Notes under the pieces: model-generated
The model's input: the letters and a program-made list of their open reading frames with translations, nothing else
The model's database searches: none
What the model was told of the DNA's origin: nothing
DNA from: Lingula anatina
Lineage: Eukaryota > Animalia > Brachiopoda
Length of the DNA: 64,000 nucleotides
Assembly: GCA_051362555.1 (NCBI GenBank)
Contig: CM120641.1
Coordinates: 35,284,401-35,348,400, forward strand
Direction of reading: 5' to 3'
Translations under genes and position numbers: made by a program
Shown: positions 24,901 through 36,900 of the stretch, piece by piece
Layout: each line of letters begins with the position of its first letter
How positions within the stretch are numbered: position 1 is the stretch's first letter

Positions 24901-27900
24901 AGTATTCTGTCACAAGGAAAAGCAACAGGGAGATACTTACATCGAATAAAATGACACATCACATCTTTATTAACATTTCCATTTTAATCATAACTACACA
25001 CTGCAGGCTTTTTTACTAAATCAAATGAAAATTATCTCCTGGCAGATTAGCAGTTTTATATTTACAAATATTCAAATGAAACTCTAAAAATACTCTGGAG
25101 TTAAGAGTGCTGTGCATGTGACACTTTCCTGTAGTAAAAAAATAAGGACCAGTCCTTCAGATATTTAGCAGTACTAACTTGGAGTGAGTATATCTTAAAT
25201 TATTTCAATTATGTTATCTGTGTGTCCATCATTATTGTTCTTCATGTTGTACATTCTCCTTGCGTGATTTGTAAATTTGTCTTCTTGCTTTAAAATTAAT
25301 TTATCTCTAAAGCTGATTTTTTCCTTGCTTCTGTTGCAGCTGTTTCTGTCATTTAGTTTCCAATCATAATTCATGTTTTGTACAGATTTGAGCTTGATTA
25401 CTTCATAATATGAGGGCATGTTGATCTTCGTGTCCAATATCAATGTTATGATTCTTTGCAGTGGCATAATTTATCACATCTTATTTCTCAAGACATTTTG
25501 GTATAAATGGAAAATTTCTATTTATAATATGATTGGCATATACAGAAATTGAAGCATTTTTAACTGCAGAAAGCATATAAAAAAGAATTTTAGATATTTT
25601 GGCACATTTAGTGTTCCTTTTTTATCAAAAGAACTAAGTCAATTTTAATGTTTTTTTAATCGATTTAATGTTTCTTAAGCAAGGGAAATTTCACATGGAA
25701 ATTATTCTCCTAAAAAGCCCCATTAGAAAAAAAAAACAAAAAACAAAACATATGCCAAATTGTCTTAACATGCAATACACATATTTGGCTGATCAACCAT
25801 TAGTTGTGTTTGTGTTGTGCTTTGCTGAGTACAGACCTAGATGTGCTTGAACCCATCCTAGACCCAGATGAGCGCCACCGTAGTTTGAGGAATCCAGACT
25901 GCATTGAGAATGGTAGGTGGTGCAGGGATTTCATGGAACATGGTCACACAGCATTTCATTTGGTAGTCAAGTTTAATGGAAATTGCAAGCTTAGAGAAGT
26001 CTGACTGCTGATGGTGTTTCCCCATATTTGTGATCAGTTCTTTTGATCATTGTTTAACGATAACTTGATAGAACTTGGGTTGGTGGCTGGTAGAATATGA
26101 AGAATTTTCAATGCTGATCATTGATAAATAGCAAGATGTATTAAGTTTATGGTAAATATATTATAGATGAATGGAGAAGTACATTGATTGGGGTCAATAA
26201 GTCCACTCCAGCCTCCATGTAACATTCTATCATCAACAATTGGGTTTTTATTTATAAAAAAGATTGACCAAATATTCTATTGGACTAGCTGCCAATTAGC
26301 TTACTCCATCAACAAATACATATTGAACAGAAATTCTTTAATTAAGAGACTATTACATGATAATTAAAATGCATAGAATACCACATCTTATTGTGCTTCC
26401 AGGTGCTAGCAAAGCTGAAGAAGAACGTCTGCTGCAGGAATGGTTTCTTCTCGTCAACAAAAAGAATGCTTTGATTCGTAGACAAATGCAGCTGAATATT
26501 CTGTAAGTGATGATTGACCCTTCAAATTAACCTTGGTCTATGGTGATATTTATTTTATACTCATATAATTTCAAATTAATGTATTATTTATTTTCCACAC
26601 TAAGATTTTTTGCCAAAATATGGCACATTCCTTGAAAACCCTAAAGAATAGAATGAAACAAATGTTTAAAACCATGATTTTTAGTGTGTAGTTATTATTA
26701 TTGAAACATAATATTAATTCAAGATAACAGGTAAAAATAATAAAGATAATGAAAAATACTTAAATGACATCAAAGTAGCAAGAAATGAAACAAAAAGTGT
26801 GCTGTCCCACAAATACAGCAGTTGAAGAAAATGGCCTTTTTTGACACTGAGAAACGCAATCACTTTCTCAACCAGTGTGCTGCCACATCCATGGTGGACA
26901 CCTAACACAATTAGTAGACTTTGGTTCTAAATGCAGTCATTCAGCAGACCTCTCCAGCATTGTATAGATGTGGTATTTTTGTCCTTCATTTTATACATTC
27001 TGATTTTGTTTATTTTATTGTTTAATTTAATTTAATTTTGTTTTATTATTTGGTTTAATTTTTTTGCAACATTTTGTCAGTATTTTGGTACTTCGTTAAT
27101 ATTCTTTGTTGCTAGCCAATTGTTTTCAAACATTTGGTATTTTTGTCCTTATTTTTATCCTTTCTTATTTTATTTATTTTATTGTTTAATTTTTTTAAAT
27201 ATTTAGTTTAATATTTAGTTTAATTTTTTTGCAATTCTTTGTCACTAGCCAATTGTTTTCAAACTTTGTAATGTGGTTTTTGGAAAGGTCAAGTACGCAA
27301 TTTTGAAAGAAAAAAAAAAAAGAAAGTGTATTAATGTATTTTCAGAAAGAAGAAAAAATAGCCAATAACAAATAAGATAATGATTTACAATGCATGCTTT
27401 TTAATGGTAATATTTGATCAGTAAATGGAAAAATAATGCACTAAGAGGATGTTTTTCGGAGAAATAAGGGGGCATTTCTTTGTCAAAGACCAGACAAAGG
27501 GTATAAATGTTTTAGGTGCTGGATGTAAAAAAAAATGCCAGGTGGACAATTTTAGTAATAAAATTTTAGGATGTGAGCTCAACCTTTACTAAACACACCC
27601 ATCCTAATGATTTATTGGAAAAAATGTCTTAAAATGTAACTGAACACTTGATATTCTGTCTAGGTTTGTGATTATTTTTAATCATTAATTTTTTTATGTT
27701 TTGGATAAATTATGAAATGCATTAACCTTAAATTATGAGCTCTATTTTATTTCATTTTAACAGTAGAATTATCAGGACATTTTCACAGACAGGATTTTTT
27801 CTTAGTGATTTTGCTTTAACTTCTCCCAGATCACTGGTCACTTCTAGCTCTTTTCTTAAAACCAAAATTAAATAATGAAATATATGGATACATAGTGTGT

Positions 27901-30900
27901 TAAACCATATGCTTATTTTTATCCATCAAAAATTAAGTAGTTTTTGCAACTTTTTCTACTTAACAAACTGTGAAGAAATAGATAAAACTATATTACTTAC
28001 TGATGTGAGAAAACTGGTAGAATCCAAATACACCAGAAAAAAATGAAAAAATTCATTTCAGTTTCACACTGAAAGTATGTTATCAAACTTGCAATGTTCA
28101 TCAGAAATACCAAAAGCCGATCAAAACAATAATAATTTTTCTTAAGAAGATTAATGTTAATCTTGATATGCAATGAACTGAAGCAACCCTAGCTTTCTAA
28201 AATACAAACAGAAATATTAGAAAAATAATTCTGGGAAGCAGAGTTAAGTCCTATGTAATTATTATGGAATAAACAACATTGCATTTCAGTGGAATTACCA
28301 TGTTCGATGTCAAATCTATACCCAAAACATTTTTACAAGAATGAATAATTAAATCATGTATTATGAAATAAATGGATTTATCTTCAGTTTTTATCTAGTA
28401 GAACAGACTCCACCTAGTTGCGAGGACGGCACACAGACAGGAAATAATGAGCCAGCGAGGGTAGAAAGTTGTAACTGTGGCAGGTTGGCATGTTTACACA
28501 GACAACACTCCGAATAAAATTAGTGAAGGCTGGGATTTTGTGCTGGACTAATGTGCTAAAGGCTTGTTGTTATTTTTGTTTAGGCCTTTAGACTTATTAG
28601 CCCTCATTTAGGGAGGGGAGGTTGGGTAATAGTGAACATACGCATCTAAGACCCAGTCTCGAATAATTCCACCCCCATTGTCCGGCGTTATATCATTTTG
28701 GGGCGACACAATGTTTAATAACTGACTGTAACCAGTTGAGTGGAAGAAAGGACCCTTAGTTTATGCTGAGGCAGTGTGTTTTACCTGGTTTCTCTAACCT
28801 TCCCCCTCAGTCCAGCTTATAAACTTAATCACAATGAGGGACATTATAATACCAAACAACATATTTGAACTGATCTGTTTTAATAGAGATTGGGAGAGGT
28901 TTTCTAGCCTTGGGGGTCACAGGCCCTGGGGGCGGGGGGAAGGAGTAGGTGTAGTTAGTGCAGACACAAGTCAGGAAGGAGTTTACTGTTGAATTCAAAT
29001 ACGGGGCTCCAGCCGTCAGTGGGCTGTTCACCCGAGAATAAAAACAAGCAAACAGTGGTAAATATTTTCTCACCTATTACCTCCATTATTTAATTACCAT
29101 GCGAGAAACTTACATTTATTCAATTAATGTGAAGTGGACGGGTATATCGGGTTGTCAGGAAAATATGACTGGTGTCTGTGCTGGCTTTACACAAGTTACG
29201 AGCGATGTTGATTTGTCAGGGACGGCTATTGTATGACTTGATGCCAATGGAGCCAGTCTCGCTGGACGGTCTCAGTGTACAGTTTACTTAACAGATTTTA
29301 GTGTACATTCATTGACCAAGTCCTGACCACTGGGGTCAGCAGGTGCAGGCATTGTTCACTTTATCTGAGGAATTGAAATGTCACCATCATTTGTCGTGTA
29401 ATGCTAAGAATCATGTGTAAGCGTTAATTACATTTTGATAAAACAATGGGACTGGTTGTGTGTAATTAATGCATTGGCTTTTTATTTGTTTTTGATAAGA
29501 TAGTCACCAATAATGGAAGATTATGTAAGACAATCAAAATTTAGATTAAGAATATTTATTAGATTCTAGGTGTTGTTAAAGGTCTATGTTAACAAAAAAA
29601 AAAAAAAAAAAAGAAAAAAGAAAAATTTCTTTAAATGATCTATTTAATGATTTCATTGGAGATGAGACTTTGGCATTTTTTGGAACTTTCAAATGGTTTT
29701 TATCACACTTAAAAAATTGATGTTTATGGGGGGAAAGTTAAAGAAATTTAGTTGGTTAGCCGTATACCTTATTTGGCTGGATTTAAGAGTGTGACATTTG
29801 TTTACTCATTTGCTTCTGTTTGTTTTATGGAAATGTCAATCGCAAATGAGATAGGTGTCTAAGAAAAACATTAAAATGAAAACAAAGTTGAGGACAGATC
29901 TTCAGGTGTGTTTTGTTGAAACATTTGGAATGGCTTCTCATTACTGATTTGCCTTTATTTTTGTTAAAGATTAGAGTAACATCAACAACAGCATAGTGCC
30001 TAAAGGAAACGTTATTGATATAAAAACAAAGTTTGGGTTAAAAGAAAATGTCATGTGAGAAATATGTTCTTATGAAAGAAAATATGAGGATTTCCTCCAG
30101 GTGAAGTGTTTCTCATTATTTTCTCTGAGTCTGATTTTGCCAAATCAAAACTTTAAAAATTTATAGAAAATAATGTCAACCTTAAAAAATTTAACCAATG
30201 GGATGGGTAATAATTCATTTAGAAAATTAAGATTGAGTTTTATTTTTTAATGACTGCAAAATCCTAAGATATGGCTTAAACTTATCGGGGCTACAGAGAA
30301 AAATACCTATTGTTGAAATGTTTTTGGTTTGTTTTATACTCTTGAAGGTATCCAAAGCTAAACTAAATTTATGTTTAGTAATGCTGTTGACCAATCTATT
30401 TAGTGAAAGCATGTCATTCAGAATGTCAAAGAAATTATATTCACATTTAATTTGTTTGTTTAATAGTCAGAGCCATTTAATTGTCCACTATTTATTAAGC
30501 AAGGTCATGTTTTGTTTGAATCATTTACCATATTTGGACAGCATTTTGACAGGTTTTTCAAGAACCAAACGTGTTTAACCGTCCAGCTATGTCAATGTAG
30601 TGTAGCACAGCAGGCGCTTTGAGTGGGTCCTGTCGCCGTGTTTACACTGTATCCATTTCAAGACCGTAGAAAGCAAAGCATAGTGTCAGGAGTACCTCAG
30701 TCTGTTTGCTGTAGGTAAAGTTCATTCTCTGAAGGACATGAACCCAGAAGAGAGACAAAACAAGTGTTGATTTAGGGGGACTCTTTCCAGCCCTATTTCC
30801 ACAGTTCCCAGTCAATATTTCACTGCCCTCTGTCACCTTTATATTGAGGAGGTTCTGGAGACGTGCATGGAGCACACAGAACAAAACCACTGCACAAATA

Positions 30901-33900
30901 GAGGCACCTAACGCGCACATAACTGAAGGCGAGGGGTTGTCACCCTCTGTCACTCTAACACATTAGGCTGTTTTCTAACCATTCTCTATCTGTGGACTTG
31001 TCAGAGATTTACTACAATGCATGTTTGGCTCTCATTGTGTCGGTGTCAGGACTCAGATTGTGCCAGGAAAGTTTGCTTTTTGACTTAGCCTGGCTTGATC
31101 TGTTTCACCATAAGCACTTCATCACACCTTGTCTGAGGTGGCAAGTTTGCTACAGTCTCTGTGTGTATATATGTGTGTGTGTCTCCTGTCCATGCAATGT
31201 GAGGCAGTGGTACTATATACACACACACACGCAGGCACAAACCTCATAAACTGATACAACGTTAGGATCTGGTGACACAGCACCAAACTGTTTTTGTCCC
31301 GCACTTGCTCGTGTTACAATCAAAATATTAATTCATCCTAAATATCCCCCAGTAATCCTGCCCTGGAGTTGCGCTCTCACTCCATTACCAATTCACCACA
31401 TTGTATTCACCAGACTAATGGTTGCATTGAATTCTAATGCTCAAAATCCTACATCGACAAAATGAACTATGTCATAAAACATTTGCAGTGACAATGGGGA
31501 GCAGGGTGGCAGGGAGGGACTTGCGGCAGCCTGCATTCAGAACACTCTTCCTGAAATGGGATTTAGGAAACTCCAGATTTCTAAATCTCTTGTCTGGTTT
31601 GGAGGCTTTTGGGGAAAAACTGTTGTCTGAAACCTTAATCCTTCAAATTTCTGAGTCAATTATTTAGAATTGCTTAATGTGTTAAAGCACTTCAGGAGAC
31701 AAATATGACCTATGGCTGCTGAATTAAAGCCAAGTATTAATTTCATTTAAATGGAGACCTATATTGATTGCTTCTTATACTCCTTGTCCAATGTCTATTC
31801 ACTGTTGATGTTTTCTTTCCTCTAAAAAAAAAAAAAGTCAATGAAGAAAATCAGTGCCCCCTGTTTTATTCTCTGTTTGCCATATTCCACTACATCAGCA
31901 GTGTTGAGAATTGGTTGTAAACCAATTACAATGATACTTCTTGATGATCGTCATCCCCCAAAATCCAGTCAAGTAGCCTTAGAAAAGTCTGGGCTTGGTG
32001 TAAGCTGCCTATAATCTCACGCATAGCAAACTTGATTTATAATCTTCTGAATTGCTAAGCACCATCACATTTTTATTGCAGAGAGAAGGAGGACGACTTG
32101 GAAAGAAGATTTGAACTGTTGAATAGAGAACTCCGTCAAATGATGGCCATTGAAGGTGAGATTTAGATTGAGATTTGACTTCAATTTAAGTAAATTTTAC
32201 ATAACCTTGTGAACTGTGGGCAGCTTCCATGTTATTTGATACCTGCCCACTTGACATACCTGCCTTTGAAGGGACAAGAGTTCCCACTTTTAGAACATTC
32301 AATTGCATGTTTGCCTGTCGCCCAATTTCAGAGCTGTTTTGGGCCTGTTTGTTTGGACACACTACAATGGAGCTTTTTCTTTGTAACAATAGATGCAATA
32401 ATCAAGATATCACTAAATTAATTGCTGCAGTATTTGGTTTGCAAATGATGTACTCGAGTTCTTGCTACGTTTCGATCTGTAGTGCCATCATTGTTCTCCG
32501 TGTATGGCTGGGGACCACTTAAAGACCCGCAGTTGTAGATTGTTTGCAGTCGGTAAACACGCGCTCTGAAAGACATGGGCGTATTTTCAACCATACAAAT
32601 CCCTGGAGCATTGTCACCAATGCAAAGCATAGGAAAATTACCTATCCACTTTATGTTTGGAAAATATCTCATTTGGTAACTGATCTGGTCCCGATATTGA
32701 AATAGCTGACTTCATCAATAGTAGAAAATGTTACCCTTGAATTGTAATTAAATTTGCTGTGGAATAAACTTTTGCTTTTGAAAGAGTCGACATTTGTATG
32801 CATGTTTTCTCAAAGGAGGCGAGAGGGATGTGAAGAAATTCCTTTGCCAAATCTTTATTGAAAAGGGAATATTTTTGGAGATTATTGCTTATGAGTTTAT
32901 GTTTGTGTAAATGTGAATGGTAGATCCATTGCTGCCTTAGAAGTATAAGCTTTGTTTGAACATTTAATGAAAACCTGAATTTTGGAAATTCATGATCATA
33001 TTTTAATTGGTTCCTAAAGTGTTTTGATATGAAATCTTTAAATAATAAAACAACCAGTTTAGAGAGCTGTGATAGCATAAAACAAAGTGTCTAAATTTAG
33101 AAACATTTCAAATATAATTGTCCTAATCAGCATTCTGTAAATTAATCATCAAATATTCATTCCTTTTAGTCCCATCCATTAGCAGAGTTCTGGGTTAAAT
33201 CCCTGGTAATAAGCAACCCTGTAATGTTATTGATTTCTAAACACACAGCAATACACGCTATAGGGACAGGCAAACTTTTGTGTAACTGGAAATTTAAATC
33301 TTGTCAAAATTTATTCAGTGTACAACTGATTGATTAAGAACATAAATTATGCACTATGTTTATTATAGTAATTAATACCAGTGAGAAAGAATGCTGTCTG
33401 AGAAATTGGATGGAGTTTTTTTATTGCGCTAATGAAGATAAAATATTGCGTGGTATTGATGTTCCGTTGTCAGGAACAGATTAGGTGTTTCAAATATTGG
33501 ATGCAAAAGAGTTTCTTTTGTGTTTCGCCAATACGGAAAATCTACACTAAGGGCTGGATCCAGTCTTCCATACAAAGTGAGTTCTCAAGTTTAAAATTCC
33601 AAGGAAGAAGATATTTGCTTTCTTGAGAATCCCAAAATTCATTCTCTTGGCTTAGACCGTACGTACCTGGATTGTTATCAAAATGCTTTTGATAATTCAC
33701 TTTATTTGAATTCACTTTATTTAAATGAAATTGAATATGTTTTGAAAATTGATAAATTGAAGAGTTTTTTTTATTATGAAAAAAATAGGGATTTTTCTAA
33801 TGCTTAATAAAAAAATGTCTGGAAACAAATTTAATGTCTCTCTGGAAAATTCTTCCCACCTTCCAGCTGACCATTGAAATCTGCCACTGTTGTACCGCAA

Positions 33901-36900
33901 CAAATTATTCTGTATATTTAGCTGTCTGTCTCTGTAAAGAAGTTCATTTGACATTCACGTAAATCAAAAGTAAATAAAACAGCAACATATACATTTTGCA
34001 TTAAATATACACTTAGAATTACAAAACATTTTGCTCATTGATGCATACTTCATTGCAGTTATTTTTTCTCATAATTAATACTTTGTTCAGTTGCATCATC
34101 TGTGATTCATTTGTTTAGCTTCTATAAACATGCTGGCACCATAAATATATAAAATTGTATTTTTTTTTTCTTTCTAGAATGGGAGAAGACGGAGGCTCAA
34201 AAAAGAAGAGAAAAATTGCTGTTGGATGAACTCATAGGCATCGTGAACAAGCGGGATGAACTTGTACAGCACTTAGACTCCCAGGAAAGAGCGTACGTTT
34301 TTGAAATAGGTTTTATGCTGCTTGATACAAGCATTTTTATTTATTTGCCTATTTCCTATTTTCTTTAAAACAGCAAAGCTGTCCTAGTTCCTGGGCAAGA
34401 AGTAACACTCAATCAGTGTAGCCATGGACTTTTCTCAGATAAGACAAGTATCCCTGACTTAGGAGTACTACTAGAAAGTTTTGTGTATGTGTGTAAATGT
34501 GTATGTTTAATTTATTTTAGCGTGTAAGGATTTTGTATTATGTAGCTATGAGAATTGCCAGACTGGCTCATACATTATTTTATTGCTTTCTGCAGTATAC
34601 AAAGTAAATGGGTCAAGGATTATTTCTGTGATTATACTACTTTGATTCATATAATTGTTATACAAGAAAATATATATCAAACATGAAAATTGATAGCCAA
34701 CATGTCTATAAAGCAGTGCTGTGACAACATGTATATTTTATAGATTTAATTATTTTAGTGTCAACTTCTGATCTCCAAATCATGCAGGTGGATATCACAT
34801 CTTGCATTTAAAAAAAATCAGTCATGAAAAATTCAGGATCAAATTACATTTTGTAAGCCTAGAAATAATTTTTTAGGATGTGAGCATAATAAAAGAGTTT
34901 TCGAAGTTTGGATAGCAAAATTCAAATGACAAAAGCTCAAATTGCATTACTTTTTTAGTCAGAGAAATGAGATATTTGAAGCACATGGGCGTATGCTGGA
35001 TGAAGAATGAGTCAAAAGGGAAGTTAGGTTGGACAATAGTATCACCAGGTGCCCTCAACATATTTTGTTGACTGTTGTTTACTTTTGGTGGGAATCTCCA
35101 GCCCAAGGCCATGCTCTGACTCCCTGCCGAGGGTGCACTCAGCCACCCCGGTGTCACAGCCAGGACTGGAGGATGCCTAATGAGTCAGAAGCATCCGACT
35201 GGTTCATAACGTACCTGGAAGGAAAGGGGACCCTTTCACTTCACTGTCACAACTATTTAAAGTGTCGGGTTTCTCTTTTGTACTTTCCCCCCATCCTTTC
35301 CCTTGACATGCCTTTAGTGAATAGGCTCAGCCCACTGTGCTTTGGGAAGATTCCTCTCTCCACAACATGAATGATCAGCATTTAGGGACAAATTAGTGTT
35401 CTGCTCATTTAGACATTTTGTATCTTTTTCTGTGGTTAATAACCCATTCGGAAATTGGAAGCAAATTTCCCCCCTCTTTTGCCATTGTGTTTGTTTTCTA
35501 TGCTCAGTGCCCAGACATAGAAAGTCTCAATGTGATGGAGAGTGATCGGAAATAGCAGAAAATTGATTACAGAGGACTTGTCTGGTAAAGGTAAACAGCT
35601 AGTCTGTGGTAAACAAATGATCCTTCAAAGAGTGGGGGGAGTTCATTGGGGAAAATCATCTTCCAGATGGATTGCCCCACACAATTGGTTAGTCCGCTTA
35701 GACACGATTTTTGGGCTAAGCATATAGTAAATACATAACACTGTGATTAGAAATAACTGTCGCATTTCTGTATGGTCATGCTGTACGTAGGACCACAGCT
35801 GTGGTGATCGTCTGAAGCATGCTCACTTCTCACGCTGCTTAGACGACACTAGTGACAGCATATAAGCTGCTATTGAAAATAATCCAATGAAATAGAGACT
35901 GTTCTTCTCTCAGAATAGGAGGGTAATGCTAAATATATGTCCTACAAGAAATTCAAGGCAATACAAAAAAAATAGAGAGTTAATACCAGTGTCGCCAAAA
36001 ATTTAATTCGGTACGACAGTTATCCCACTGGCATCACATGGTTTCATCTCACAGCATCCCTGCATTTAAATGCTTAATGTCTTGCCCCGTGTTGAACAGT
36101 TAAAAGGTATAAACAGTTTAAGAAGCTTAAACGGTTAAGTCCCCTTGTCTTTCTAAGTGATACATTGTATGAGTTAAGTATAAAAACAGGAGTCAGGTGT
36201 TTTCGCTGGCCCCCAGGGGTATGATCAAGATCTCCTGCACAGATGATAACCTGGCTATAGATATTTGACAATGAATTTCTGGGGCTAGGGTGATTAGCTG
36301 GCCATTTTAAACCAATTAGCTTAAGATGTGTGGAGTGATCTCTGGATCACTGGAGCTGGCTTTGATTTGAGAATTTTTTTAAATAATCCGTGTTGTGAAT
36401 TATTTAATAAACATTTTTTGCAGGGGGGGAGAATTAGGTTCTATCTGTTATATCATAGAATCATATAATAAACAACCGCCATAGATTCATTAAAATTGTT
36501 TGTTCCATACATTTTTTAACCAAAATGTAACTTGTGTTTTAGGAGTAGTAGGTTTAAGAGAAGGCATAGTTCAGTAGAAAGGACTGAATGCATAACTGTG
36601 TTTAAATATATATTTATTTATGAGTTGATTCTAAAACATATCCACAAGATCTCATAAGTACATTCAGTATTTTTCAAATTATTTTACTCAGTGAATCAAT
36701 TCATACTGCTCTCTCTAAAAAATAGTAATATTGATATATATTCTCTGTATTTTGTCTTTTATATGAGATTTTTTCAGAGGTCACACTGTCACACTGATTA
36801 AGCAATGACGTTTGTTTAGCTTAGTTAAAAAGTTCTATGTTTTTCAACTTCATCTGGTAAATTTATATTGAATTTCTTTTTTTTTCCCTCCATTTCAGAA

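Noticed and set aside
34596-34686. Acceptor ttgctttctgcag giving an alternative CaaX-less C-terminus ([10 protein letters not shown]...)
   Set aside because: Composition is intron-like and there is no independent support
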